A stretch of DNA of 64,000 bases, from positions 1-64,000 of IMG/VR virus record IMGVR_UViG_3300031994_000071, one strand, 5' to 3'. Numbering within the stretch: position 1 is the stretch's first letter; every line of letters starts with the position of its first letter. Position numbers and translations under genes: made by a program. The notes beneath the pieces are model-generated. The model was not told where the DNA came from. It saw only the letters and a program-made list of their open reading frames with translations, and did not search any database. This document shows positions 27,271 to 39,680 of this stretch, piece by piece. The DNA comes from a virus (taxonomy: Duplodnaviria; Caudoviricetes).

Positions 27271-30200
27271 TTAATGCTTACTATGCCCTATATGCCACAT
27301 CCCGCAGTCAGGGCAGACGTAGGGATGGTACACGTTTTTGTTAATACCTTTCTTGTCCATGAACGCCAAAGCATCCTCCAAGGTCTTAAACTGAGCCTTC
27401 GGGACCATCTTGCCTTTCTTTGACGTCCAGTGCATTTTCAGCAGGCTGCTCCGGTGAACCTTCTTCACGAATCACCTCCTTTCCTGCACAAATTTCACAC
27501 ACTCGAAAGTGTCATGAGTCTCTCGGAAATCCCTGACGGCCTCTCTGCTTCCAAGGATGTCTTGAAGGTCATCGTTAAGCCAGCAATCCGTCTGATCCGG
27601 ACACGAGCCTTCATCATACGGGTCTCGGCGGTCCAGGTCGTATTGGGCGCACTCCAAGTGGGCCTTGAAGTCACAGAATCCATCGTAGTCATTGACTTGA
27701 TGGAAATACCTTGTGCCAGGCGTAATATCACGCCCGCAAATTGCGCAGATGTGTTTCTTTCTGGCCACTGGCCTTTCGTCTCTGATTATCGTCATTCTGC
27801 ATCCTCCTTTCTTGCGTTAAGTTCCTCTATTCTTTTGAGCCAATATCTTTTTCTTCTCCGATTCCCTGTTGCCATTGCAATACCAAGATAATAGTGGGCA
27901 TCAGCAAGCCTATGGGGTATATCATCATTTTTGACGATTGTTTCCCTGCCTTTATGTTCAATAATCATTTCTTCCTTGCGTTAAGCACCTTGCCGAGTTC
28001 AGCCATATCCCGGCGAACATCATCCATTGTGCCGCCATTCCATGATTCATATACATGCCGAGATGCTTTCTCCAAGTCTGAATCCGGTCGATCCTGCTGG
28101 AGAGAGGGGATATTGAGCAGATCATCCATGTAGGCCCATATAGTATAGTCCGCCTTGTACTTCTTGTTCATAGCCTTCACGAATCCAGACATGTCCTTGA
28201 ATGGAAATGTACATGGAGGACTCATATACTTATCTCCGTCAGAAAGCACAACAGGTCTTGTCAGATTTGCCTCTTCGCTTACCTTATGCCATATTTCTTT
28301 AACAAATTCCGGCTGCTCCTGCTGGAGAGAAGTAATAAAGCCTTCTACTTCCTCCAATGCATCTGGGACAATTCCCCAACTATCGCAACGGTTTCTTTTG
28401 GCCCGCATCTTTAATTCACCAACAAGCCTTTTCAGTTTTTCTGCGTCAATGTATTTGCTCATAACTTTATCCATTCCACGGCCCTCCATGTTTTTTCAGG
28501 TAATCATTACGCATCTTCTCTGCGCAATTCACCAGGCGTCGCGCTTCCGTTTGGACGTCCATTGCATCAATGAAGATGTCGGTACCCTGGCTGCGCACCT
28601 GCAACTCCTCTATGAGATAGTCTGCCAACGCAGACATGTAGTTTGCAGCATCATAAACTCTGTCAATATCAATCGCCGGATCCGCTGTCATCTTGATGCG
28701 GACTATGCCGCCTCCGACCTGGGTAACACTTTTTCTTGCCATATCAGTCAATCTCAAAAAACAATTTTTTCTCGTCAGGCAAATTTTTCCAATAACTATA
28801 ATCAGAAGACTGTTTTTGGTATTCCACCAACTGCTTTTCCTTCTCTGACGCATTTCCGGTGAGACACGCAAGCCTGGCCTTCTCCATAGTAACCCTCATG
28901 TTCCAGTATTCTTCGCTTCTTTTACTGAGAAGATGCCTGCCAGAGTCATTATCGCAGTTTATAGCGTCAATCAAATTACATTCTTCATTGGTTATGAGGA
29001 GGCCATATTTATTCTTTAACATGGTTTATTCCTCCACCGGTTTAGATGAGTAACTGACAACGCCAACCTTGTATTTCACCTTGTCAACATCAGTGACGTT
29101 TCGGTACTGGGCCTCCTCCTTTGCGAGTTCCTTTGCAATAGCCTCATTCTCGGCCTTTACGCATACAATGATTTCCTCATAATGGACAATCTTCTTGACG
29201 CGCATTGAATAAAGATACTTTGCCATAATTATTATAGTTTGATGTCATGTTTGATCCCGCACAAACTGAGGGCGTTCTGGAGTTCATGGACGAAACGAAT
29301 ATATATTACAGAGTTTTCGTTTCTGTTTGTGTCGGCACAAAAACGCCATGTCCCATCGGAACTATAAACGTTCAATCTTAAATTGTTGCACAACCATTTC
29401 TCGGTGCCGTAAGTTACAAGTTTTCTAAACCCGTTCTTCTCCAAGATTTCGGGCGTGATAGGTACGCCATCCACCTTGTCCTCCGAATGATACCTGTCTT
29501 CTGCGAGGGTGTATAACTCATCGTCGGCCATGATTTCGTCATCAACGCCATCTACGGCCTGAATCTTGCGGGGAGTGCCGTTTATCAGCACCCAGTTCCC
29601 GACCATAAGTTCTGTCGCTTTCATGCCTTACCCTCCTTTGGGAGTTTTAACAGGTCCTCGCACTCTATGTAGTAATCCTTGTTGAATAGTTTACCGTTAA
29701 CCACGGTGAACGACATTTCCCCAAAGATGTTAGCCGTTCCAACCGGCTTCCATCTCGGGAGATCCTTGTATGCTACGCGGAGCAGTTGCCCGGCACAGTT
29801 CCGCAGGCCGTCTTCGCTACTAAAATCGTAGCCCATGACCTCGCTTGCCATATCTCTCACAGCATCCTCGAACGGGGTTGACTTCCTTTTAGCCACGCAG
29901 ATTGCTTGCCTGAGATTCTCCATGGCCTGCTCAGCCTCCTCGATCGTGATGCACGATGAGGTGCCGCATGATAAAATCTCAATAGGGTGAGATACGCCCT
30001 TGTTTACTCTGACTTCCATTGTCTTTCCTCCCGAAATAATCGTTTAACACCTTGCAGAAGTCTCCGGCCTCAGCCTTGCACTTCTTCTCGTCTTTATTCC
30101 AGTGCCAGCACTTAGGGCACCAATTTACCCCCCCCCTCATTCCATTTCGCGCAGCCTGCGCTCCTCGTAGTAATCGTCAGGGTCCGGTCCGTTGTCCTCC

Positions 30201-30514
30201 AGGTCCGTCTGGCTCACCACACGGACAACCGCGTCATCCATCGTATCGACCTCCTCGGCATCGCACGGCGTCCTGTGAACCTTCCCGAACTCAATCCCGC
30301 AAACCTCGGACCACTCAAGTTCCGGCCAGCCGTACTCCTCCAGCATCTTCTTCACGGCCTCCAGGTCATTGTGGTAGATCACCACCTCAGCCTCGGCACT
30401 GACCGGCACGTCTATGTCGTAAACCCCGCTGCCCCTCCAGTAAGAGGGGCATTTGGGGTCTTCCATTCTAACGGTCCCCTTTAGGGAGACCTCGATTTCA
30501 AAGCACTCCATCAT
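27271..30514 (-). other. array of small hypothetical ORFs (27271-27468, 27472-27795 Cys/His-rich, 27965-28462, 28467-28742, 28744-29022, 29026-29226, 29232-29624, 29621-30019, 30137-30514)
   Basis: Co-oriented ORFs; partly AT-richer than the rest of the genome. Confidence 0.7.
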
Positions 30515-31043
30515 AATAGAAGTCCTTGAAGATGTCAAAGAACTGCTTGCCAGCGTATCTGGCGAGTTCCCCTGATTTGAATGCAAGGCGGGCGCCGAGG
30601 TGCGAGCTCGCGAGCGACCAGGCGCTGCGCGAGTCCACGTAGAGCGGCCCCGACATCGACCCGCGATCCGAGCAACCGCCGACAAGGCAGACCGAAGGTT
30701 CCAGTTCCTTCCGCCTGGATGCGCTCAGGCTCTCCCACTCGGACTTGGTGTAGGCGTAGTAGTAAGGGTAGTAGCGATACTCATCCTCCTTGAACGTGGG
30801 CTTCCAGCCTTCGTTGAGGGCGGCAACGATGATACGCATCTTGAGGTAGGCCAGGACGTCTTTGTCCATGTTCTCCGTCTCGTTCTCGGCCAGCCACTCC
30901 TCTTCGCTCTTGCCGGTCACTTCGCGACACGCATCGTCAAAGGTCTTGATGCGCTCCATGATGTTATCATCTACCAGGACGTAGGCGCCGTCCTTGAATT
31001 TCAGTGCTTTCCCTTCCGGGATTTCAATGGTAACTTTTTTCAT
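30498..31043 (-). CDS. DGR target 2: 181-aa early protein carrying VR2
   Basis: MKKVTIEIPEG...ERIKTFDDAC...AYLKMRIIVAALNEGWKP...VCLVGGCSDRGSMSGPLYVDSRSAWSLASSHLGARLAF; real start at 31043. Confidence 0.92.
   Translation of the reverse strand: MKKVTIEIPEGKALKFKDGAYVLVDDNIMERIKTFDDACREVTGKSEEEWLAENETENMDKDVLAYLKMRIIVAALNEGWKPTFKEDEYRYYPYYYAYTKSEWESLSASRRKELEPSVCLVGGCSDRGSMSGPLYVDSRSAWSLASSHLGARLAFKSGELARYAGKQFFDIFKDFYYDGVL
30580..30693 (-). repeat. DGR variable region VR2 (remote)
   Basis: 114 nt reverse-strand copy of TR; 18 mismatches counted, all at TR adenines. Confidence 0.97.
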
Positions 31044-31056
31044 GATTGTATTGGTT

Positions 31057-31824
31057 TTAAGACATTTGCCACTCACGCACCCAGACGGAAAGGATGCCTT
31101 TCGTGAGCATCTTTCCCTGCCTGGTGCAGTAAATTTCAGGAGACTTCTGGAAGAGTTTCTCAGCCTCTTCCAGAATCTCCTTTCTTGAACGTTTCTTATA
31201 ATACTGGATTTGTGCCCAGGAGTACAGCGGGGACGAATCCCGCCAGTCAGAAGATTTCTTGTTGGCCACAGCGGCAGCAGCAGCGCGGGCCTTCGACAGG
31301 TCATCGCCCTTCTTGCCGCCCAGGTGCGTACACCAGTTGCCGGACTTGGAGAAGAATCCGCCGTCCCGCTCAATCTGCTTCTTGCGCTCATCGAGGGCTA
31401 CCTTCGTGTTGATGCGGCCCATGATGGCCTGGCGCTCCCACATGGCGAACATCACCGTGAGGATGAAGCGGTCGCAGGACGGAAGGTCGCAGAAAATCAA
31501 GTTCCGCTCCCCAACTGCGTCCAGAATCTCCAGCGCCTCGGATACGTTACGGCAGCGGTCGCTCTTGGCAATCACCAAAACGCAGTCCTCTTCCTTGCAG
31601 TGCTTGATGGCCTCCCAGAGACCGACGCACTCTTTAAGTTTCGTACCGGAATGGACGTCAGTGTAGATGTCCACCGGATCCTTACCCATGAAGGTCTTCG
31701 CGATGGATACCTGGGCCTCAAGGCCGAGTTCCGTCTTCTCTTGGTGCTTGGTCGAAACACGGCGCCAGAGGATGTACGGCCTGCGCTCCTCGATGGTCTT
31801 GATTTCTACTTTCTTCTTTCCCAT
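31057..31824 (-). CDS. small serine recombinase (resolvase/invertase family)
   Basis: WRRVSTKHQ...LEAQ, DVHSG, LVIAKSDR, ERQAIMGR; 255 aa with no large-serine-integrase domain. Confidence 0.9.
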   Translation of the reverse strand: MGKKKVEIKTIEERRPYILWRRVSTKHQEKTELGLEAQVSIAKTFMGKDPVDIYTDVHSGTKLKECVGLWEAIKHCKEEDCVLVIAKSDRCRNVSEALEILDAVGERNLIFCDLPSCDRFILTVMFAMWERQAIMGRINTKVALDERKKQIERDGGFFSKSGNWCTHLGGKKGDDLSKARAAAAAVANKKSSDWRDSSPLYSWAQIQYYKKRSRKEILEEAEKLFQKSPEIYCTRQGKMLTKGILSVWVREWQMS

Positions 31825-31832
31825 GTCTGTGT

Positions 31833-31967
31833 TTATTTCCTACGGGCCAGCATATCATCCAGATACGCCAGCAGCATAACTACAAGAAACATGCCAAATT
31901 ACCTTTTCTCGTTGAATATCTCTGGGATGAAGGCCAGCCCGCAGATGATGAATACTAAGATGTACAT
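31833..31967 (-). other. two tandem hydrophobic micro-ORFs (31899-31967 MYILVFIICGLAFIPEIFNEKR; 31833-31892 MFLVVMLLAYLDDMLARRK)
   Basis: Hand translation; the first overlaps the upstream stop codon (TAATG). Confidence 0.4.
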
Positions 31968-34686
31968 TACTTTTCCTCCCGTGAGAAATAAAAGTCCACC
32001 TCGATTTGATACCTGGTGTTCTCGTGCCACTCGGCCCTCACATTCACCTCCGGATCCTCCATCGTGGCCTTGAAGTCCTTGATGAACTCATCCGGATTGA
32101 ATCTTGCCGTATTGTTAGACTCACAGATGACCGTCAGGCAGTTGTCATCTTCCTTCCACTTTGCAAGGCAGAGATACCCACTCAGGAAGAAGGCCACCTT
32201 ACGGACGCCCATCGCAGTCTTGATCGCAATGGTGTCGCTGTCTGCTATATTGTACAGGACACGGGACATACTCCCGTGAATAGTGTTGATGTATGCTTTG
32301 TTTGCCATAGTCTTACAGTTTTTCGTTTACCTCACGGGGCTTGCACATGTAGTCGGATTGCGGGTTGGTGCAGATGGGGCACTCCTTGATGGTCAGGGAG
32401 TATTTCTTGCCATCACGGCCATTCCACATGAAGTTGGTGAGCGTCGATTCCGGATCGTGGTTTTCCTTGACGATGCGCTGCTTGTTGAGTTCGATATCCG
32501 CAATGGCCAGGCCAAGCGAAGCGAAGACGTTGACGGTCACATTATTCTCGTCAACGATGAGATATACTTTATCCATTATAATCCGTTTTTGAAAGTTGAT
32601 TTCCTTTGTCATCATAGAGAGCAACGCTCTCCAATTTACGTCCGTCCCAGTTGAGGACAACATGCGTCTTCTTGTTTACCGTGTCAACCATCTGGGCATG
32701 AAGTGTGCCATCCGGGTGGATGCTCCTGTCTATGTGGAAAATCGCGGATTTACTGAGAGTATGCGTATTGTCAACCTCAGCAAGTCCCTCCGCAATCATG
32801 CAGGTTATTGCTCCGCCCATACCGTCGCGCTCCATCTTCTTGAGGAGGGCGATGAATCTTTCCTTGTAGTCCATTACAGAAGTCCTTTATAGAAGTTACA
32901 CTTGCGGCGCGTGGCCCTGTTGGTCTTAGGCTCAGTGGAGCCGGTTGTGAACCAGCCCACGTGCTTCTCATAGATAGCCGCCATGATGGCGTAGATGGGA
33001 AGATAGTTGTCTGGCATCTTCTCGATCTCCTCGTCGGAGAGGGCGCCCTTGTCAACGAGTTTCTGCAAGTCATTGAGCACGTCCTGCTCGGAAATGATGC
33101 AGTCGTGAATCATGTTGTAGAATCTTTTCTTATCCATGGCCATTAGATTTTGAAGCGGTTGCCCGCACGGTTGATAGTCTCACGGGTGAAAATCCAGGTG
33201 TCAATGAGAATCATCTGGACGTCAGGGTTCTGCCGGAAGATGAACACGCAGATGTGGCGCACGTCAACCCTGGGCCGGCGCTTCATGTCCAGCCGGATCT
33301 TATCGTCACACCAAGGATAGGCAATGTCCGCCTGGACGTTACCTTTGTTGCTCTTGAAGTGCTTGTCAAGAGCAGCGTTGATTTTTTCAATAATGCTCAT
33401 AATGTTATAGAATTAAGGTTTTTGGAGAGGGAAGGAGCGGTCAGGCTCCAGCCCCCTAATACTCCATGTCGTAGTTGTCATGGCCCCGGCCCCAGTAGAA
33501 GAGAGTGGACCAGTCACGTGTCGTGCTGCCCTCCTCAATCCAATGGCCGTTACGACGGAATGTGTAAATCTTGGTGCAGTGGTAAAGCCCGCAGGCCGTG
33601 ACCTCAATCTTCTTGGGGGAGATAACCTTCGTCACCTTGGCCCTGCTGCTGTCCGAAAACCACCTCATAGTGCCGGTGGCCCCGACCTCTGGAATAACAT
33701 GCTTTTGCATCTCCTCCATCTTATCATCAAGCGCATGTCTCTCGTCCCAGAGTTCGCACCACCGCTTGTGCTGCACCGGATCGCTGTGGTCCGTGTTCTC
33801 TGTCAGCCTTTCAATCTCGTCCCGGCGGTCCAGGATGGCGAGATAGTCTTTCCACGGTACGTTGAGTTCAATCATATCAGCAGAAGTTTATAACCCTGGC
33901 CCACTGGCCGTATGAAAAGTTTCCGTACATATCCCGCAGCGTGTCCCGGTCCTTGCCGGTCTGCGCCTGGGCGATATCGAGCAGGTCCTTGTAGTCCCAA
34001 CTCAGCGGCAGGTAAGGCTCCAGCCTTCTCAGCCTTTCTTGAAGTTCCTGTCTCATAGGGCGTCATTTTTGGTCATGATGAAGGTATCAATCTCGTTGTA
34101 GTAGTCTCCGCTCCACTCGTGGCCCTCATGCTCTTTCTCGAACTCCTTGCCCCACTCCTCGAACAGATTGAATATCTGGTCGCGGGACATGTCTTTCTCG
34201 TCCTGGAGCCTGCGGTAGATACCGAAGTCGTAGGCTTGCAGGGTAATTTCTTGGATGGTTGTGATGGTGTTAATCATTTCTTTATGAAGGTGTCTAAAAG
34301 TTCCTGAACTTTCTTTTTCTCATCGAGGCAGTCTTTCTGGCACTCCGTGAAGTTTGTGCTCTTGTACTGCTCCGACATGTCGTAGAGTTTTCCGATGCGG
34401 TCACGCAGGGCGTCAATGATGATCTGCTCCTGCTCAGGTGTGATGTTGAGTGTCATGGCTATCCCAGTGCTTGTTTCGTTTCACGATACACCGTCTTCTT
34501 CCATCCACGGCCATACTCCTCCGTCACGGTGTTCTCATCAACCTGCACCTCAATTACATCTTTGTGGGACAGGAGTTTCTGCGCGTGCCTTTTTGCGCTT
34601 TCCTCGGTTGGATAAATGTTGTCGAGGTCTTGGCTGTAATCCTCGTATGTGAGAATCACAGCATAAACGATAAGTTCTTTCGCCAT
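31967..34686 (-). other. array of small hypothetical ORFs (31967-32308, 32313-32576, 32569-32874, 32874-33143, 33143-33400, 33456-33875, 34053-34277, 34274-34456, 34459-34686)
   Basis: Coupled co-oriented ORFs. Confidence 0.72.
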
Positions 34687-34688
34687 GG

Positions 34689-34991
34689 CTATCCCTCCAC
34701 ACTGACGAGGTTGGCAACTGCGAACTGGCGCCACCACTGGGCCTCGATGTCGAAGTAATCGACCTTGGTCAGGTCCTCCGGCTTAGGGTCTCCCTTGGGC
34801 GTCCACAGGCTCCCGTCCTTGAGTTTCATAAGGTCACGGCGGAGGGTGCCCACGGCCTCACGAACCGTCCCGTCCTTCTTCTTGAAGGAGAACTTAACGG
34901 CCCGCTTGAGCATTTCTTCCTTGAGGGTGATAACATTCTCGGCTTCCTTTTCCGTCAGGCCGAGGCTGACAAGTTTAACTTTCTGTTCCAT
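34689..34991 (-). CDS. SH3/WYL-like beta-barrel protein (DUF2693-like)
   Basis: VKFSFKKKDGTVREAVGTL...YFDIEAQWWRQF. Confidence 0.65.
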   Translation of the reverse strand: MEQKVKLVSLGLTEKEAENVITLKEEMLKRAVKFSFKKKDGTVREAVGTLRRDLMKLKDGSLWTPKGDPKPEDLTKVDYFDIEAQWWRQFAVANLVSVEG

Positions 34992-35025
34992 GATTTTGTA
35001 AGTTTGTGTGTGTGATTGTATTATT

Positions 35026-35040
35026 GCAAATATCGTGCCA
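35026..35040 (-). promoter_or_regulatory. sigma54-type box TGGCAC-GATAT-TTGC
   Basis: Exact consensus, 35 nt from the ATG at 34991. Confidence 0.7.
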
Positions 35041-35049
35041 AAGTGAGCA

Positions 35050-36954
35050 CTATTTAACCTGTTCAATTACCGAGCAGGGTGCGGACATATCGTCCCGGCC
35101 CTTGCCGAACATCTCGTCGTGCCAGAAGATAGCATTGTCTATCCTCTCTATGGCTGCATTCATGTTCTCCTTGATCTTACGCTCAGTGGAGCACGGGGCC
35201 GGGCTGGCGAAGGGCCAGTAGCCGCTGTTCTTGACTTCCATGAGGAGGCGCTTGGCCTCGGTCATCTTTTCTCTTGCGTTCATTTCTTGACGAATTTAAG
35301 GATTGTTTCGAGGTCCTGATTGTCTGCGATGTGCATCAGGTAGTTATAGGCATGTTCTTGCCAGTTTGTTTGCAGGTCAGAGAACGCCTCATCATTATCG
35401 TACCAACCGCAAAGAAATGCAGGGGAATTGAAGATTTCATCGAGGTCCCTATCATAGAGGGCGATGAGGATGGTGCGGAACCGGTCGCTTCCGAGTGTCC
35501 ACGCCACGTTGATTGCATCCACCAGGCCCTGATCATGCGAGTTGGTGGTGTCCATAACTGTAAGGAGGTGGCGAAGTTCGCCATATTTAACAGCCACGTC
35601 ACGAGGAAGGACAGTCTTGGAGTCCGCAACGGCGCCACCAACATAAGTGTTGATTTCGTCTATCTGCTCCGGAGTAAGGTCCGCAGTCTTCGGGTACGTC
35701 ATCATAATGCCAGCCTTGTCACTTACCGCAAAGCCGTCATAGATACGGAAGTTGACAACCATAGTGGCATCAATCAGGCCGGGTTTCTGAACCTCAAGTT
35801 CATACTCCTCCGCAAAGGTAGAGCGCTCAATCTCCTTGGTCCAGTCAAGGTCCCAGATAACCTCATTTCCGTGCTCATCGAACCAAGCGTCCGGGAACTC
35901 CTGCTGTGTCTCAAACCCAAGCGAATTGCCCTGGGTCTCGATGATGTTCGTCACTGCCAACTCAGCCCCGTCCGTGTCCACGATAACAAGGGCGGCATTC
36001 TTATCCTTGAACCCGGCCAGGAAAGCCTCAAGGTCCTTTACTTTCATTCTTTTCATAACATTTCCTCCATAAAGTCCAACATGATGCGGTTGTACTTGTC
36101 ATCGTAGCGGGCACCGCTGATCCCGCAGGTCTGCCATTTAACGTCGCAGACCACGACGTTTGCATCCTTGTGCTCCTGGAGCAACTGGATGAGTTCTTCT
36201 GCCTTCATACTTTGTACCTGTTAACATGATTACGTAGTCAACCCATGACATCACGCTGACGAAGTGTTTCACATCACCCCGCACGTTGCACTGGTATCCA
36301 TGAGGGCCGTCCTCAAGGACGAACCCTCCGAACTTCAAAAGTTTCATAGCCGGTCCGCGCCCTCCAGAGCGTCAACCGCCTCCTGCATGGCGTCTATCCA
36401 ATCGGACGAGTTCTCTCCCTTCTCATCCTCCTGCCACGCGTCCGAATGGCTGTCGTAGAACTTCTGTTCCTCCTCGATGCACGTCTTGAGCGTGTCGATG
36501 CAGTTGTCAATCTTTCTAAGCCTTTCCTTGTTCATTATCCTGAGATTTTAAGCGTTTCACCCTTTCCTCCCACGACTCTCCCGTCCGAAACTCGTACATG
36601 TCCATGATGGACGTGGCCAGCAGGCACAGGATGAGGAACACTGCACCCACGGCCACAACGATGTTAATCAACGTCTCCATCCTCAATCCTCCACAGATAG
36701 ATTTTGTCATCGTCAGTCCGGACCACGGCATCTGCCGGGTGCTTCTCGACGAATCCGTAGGTGCGGTCCACACTCTCATAGATTGCGAGGTAGTCGGAAT
36801 CATAATCATCAATCCGGATGGAACCGGCCACCAACTTGGCACTCTCACCGAACCAGTGCGTAATGCTCATGTCGGCGCTAATCGTCACGATGTCACCGTA
36901 AGCAGCCAAATCAGCATCGGCGAACACCAGTTTCAAAAGTTCTTTTGCTTTCAT
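35050..36954 (-). other. hypothetical ORFs (35050-35283, 35280-36056, 36344-36535, 36664-36954 and others)
   Basis: Co-oriented ORFs. Confidence 0.7.
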
Positions 36955-36958
36955 GTTA

Positions 36959-37723
36959 TTAAAGTGTTACAGATTCATATCTATCTTCAATCAGGACCGG
37001 CATGAGAATGCACTGGCCCTTGTCGCCCTGCACGAGCGCTGCATGGCGCCCGTCCTCGTGAAGGTAAACCTCCGTCGCGCCGATGAAGTCCATAGCCTCG
37101 ATGAACCTGGCGAACCACTCGGCCTTGAACCCACAAGGACCGACCTTGCACAGCCAGTTGGGACTCCACTTGATACCCTTGCCGGTCTCAGCCTTGTATG
37201 CCGTCCGCTTTTCGTCAACCCACGAGTAGAACTTCTCGCGGTCGAACTTGTAAGGACGATAACCGCCTGCGCTCACATTGGGAATCACGGACTCCCACTT
37301 GGGATAGATGGGATGGTTGTGGCCTTCCTTGTCAACCCATGACGTCCGGTGCTGTATGGTCACACTCTTATTGTTTTCGGCATCCCAAACGGTCTCCTGT
37401 GACTCCACGTAACTGCCGTCCTTGAGCAGCACGGCACCCTCATACTCTGCCGGATAGTCCTCCTTGATGGCAATCAGGATGTGAGCATCGGATGCAACCT
37501 TGTTTCCTCGGTCGTGGAAGACTCCGTTCATTGCAGGACGAATCTCATCGTTGGCCACGTAGTTGTAGATATTGAACTTGCCAACCTTGGCCGGTGTCAT
37601 AGCCTCGGCGCGGATGACCTGCTGAATCATCTCAGCGGCCTGCTCATTACTGATTCTTGCATTCTCCGGGTCGCGGAGGGCGTTGTAAACCTCGGAAAGT
37701 TTGTTGATGCTTGTCTGTTTCAT
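36959..37723 (-). CDS. second sliding-clamp (DnaN)-like protein
   Basis: RPAMNGVF...VASDAHIL...YPKWESVIP...ILMPV. Confidence 0.55.
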   Translation of the reverse strand: MKQTSINKLSEVYNALRDPENARISNEQAAEMIQQVIRAEAMTPAKVGKFNIYNYVANDEIRPAMNGVFHDRGNKVASDAHILIAIKEDYPAEYEGAVLLKDGSYVESQETVWDAENNKSVTIQHRTSWVDKEGHNHPIYPKWESVIPNVSAGGYRPYKFDREKFYSWVDEKRTAYKAETGKGIKWSPNWLCKVGPCGFKAEWFARFIEAMDFIGATEVYLHEDGRHAALVQGDKGQCILMPVLIEDRYESVTL

Positions 37724-37753
37724 ATTCTTGTAAGTTTTTGTTGTTATGCTACT

Positions 37754-37768
37754 GCAATTATTGTGCCA
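37754..37768 (-). promoter_or_regulatory. sigma54-type box TGGCAC-AATAA-TTGC
   Basis: Exact consensus, 31 nt from the ATG at 37723. Confidence 0.7.
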
Positions 37769-37938
37769 TACTCGGCACAGGATGGAGGAGCCTGCGGGCT
37801 GGATAGCGAGGGTCGCGCTTATCGAGCCAGATAAGACCGATGCAGGTCTTCTCTATCTCCTCCTTGGACGGGTCCAATTCGACCTCCGTCATCTTGCCAT
37901 CTGGGTCAGTGAAAGGAGTGCCCAGGCGAATCAGATAC

Positions 37939-39680
37939 TTACACATAGGCCCAAATGGAATTGAAGTCCTGACATACGAAGGCCGCTGCAATCTCCTTGG
38001 CATTGGCCCTCACTTTCTCTACGAATTCGTTGAGGCGCTTGGCACTCTTGCGCTCAGCACCCTCAAGGAAGAAGGTCGTGCTCCCACGATCAGCACCACC
38101 GAAACTAATCATATCCATGTCGCCATCCTTGAAGTGCATCGGGGTGATGTTGATTGGACGGATGGAGAGGTAGTAGCCCCTCTTCTTGTAAAGGTTGGAC
38201 CATGCCTCACCTTTCTGGTAATGCACGTCAAGTTCGATGTGGTTGGCGCCTCCGATTTCGAGGCAGGGTATTCTTACTTTCTGTTCCTGTGTCTTATTCA
38301 TAATCATCACAATAGTATTTGTTATCTATGCTTACTAAAATAGCCATTCCGTTACTTTTAACATGTTCGTACCAGTTTCAGGCAAAGTTCCTTGAACTTC
38401 TTCCCCTGATACTTTATTCTTGTCATGCCGGAATCGCTCTTAATACTGGCGCTCCCTTGGAGAACCAGTCTGTACGATAGCGCAGCGCCCCGGTGAACCT
38501 GCGGGCATCGCCATTGTCAATGAGCATCTGTGCATACTCGCGCAGATCCTCAACGTTGTCCTTGCAGAACTGGACGAACTTATCATCATCGGGCTGCGTG
38601 CCTGCCTCCTTGCATCGGTCCTCATATAAGGCCCACATCTCATCTTGCAGGGCGTGAGCATTCATAACATAGCCATGCCACACAACCTCTGGGTCGCTCC
38701 AGTCGCCATGATAGACGAAACGGAACCCTCGGATGCCCATCCAAAGGGGCCAAATGTCAGATGTCTTTCTCATTGTCGTATTTGTAATTAGGGTTTACCA
38801 TGTGGTCACTCATGTAGCCATCCAAAATGCTCCATGATACTTTCTCACCACTCCGCGTCACTCCGCTCATGGTATATTCTTCAATTCCTTTCGCAGGAAG
38901 AAATCTCCGGTCGGTCTTTATCTCACCCCACAACCCCACCTTCCGACCGGCGTCCACGTCCTGCAACATGCACTTCTCGGCATTGCACCAAGATTCAAAG
39001 TACGTTGAATGAACTCTGTCACCAACGACTTTCCTAACGATGTAAAAATGTGGTGTCATACTATCTCAAGTCAAAGTATAAATCCGCTTTGTCAATGGCA
39101 TCCTCGATGGTGGTTGCACCCTCTATGTGCCACCCTTCGTGCTGCTCAATGAAATCCATCACCTCCATACTGGACGGGTCCACCAGGCAGTGAACCTCAT
39201 CCAAATCAGGACTGATGGCCAAGGATATTTCATTCGGAACCTCGTCCGGCTCGTAGCATCCGTACATCGCCGACTCAATCTCTTCCGAAATCAAGTCACG
39301 CAACGCACGCCACCTGGTCGCATCTCTTAATTTTGCCATATCTCTTTTGCTCTATTGATTATTTTCTCAATCTCCCATTCGACGAAAGCCCCAAACCTGT
39401 CAATGTTGAATTCCGCATCATCCACCCAGCCCTCGTCTTTTCCGTAGTTCCAGATGAAGGCAACCTCCATTTTTCCGCCCTCAGTCACATACACGGCCCA
39501 AATTGCTACCGACTGGTCATTCCGCTCATCGTAATAACTCAGCCCGCCATTGTTGAAAAAGTCCAGGCCCTTTTCGGCGTCATCGCATCCAAGCATTTCC
39601 CTTAAATCGTCCGTGAAATACTTTCCATACTGCTCTACGATCGCCCTGAGTTCCTTTAATTTCTCTTCCATGTTACTCAA
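37939..39680 (-). other. hypothetical ORFs (37939-38310, 38423-38773, 38757-39059, 39061-39339, 39327-39680)
   Basis: Co-oriented ORFs; several are acidic. Confidence 0.72.

Noticed and set aside
31057-31824. Phage integrase
   Set aside because: Too short, lacking recombinase and zinc-ribbon domains of large serine integrases; no att site or host junction seen
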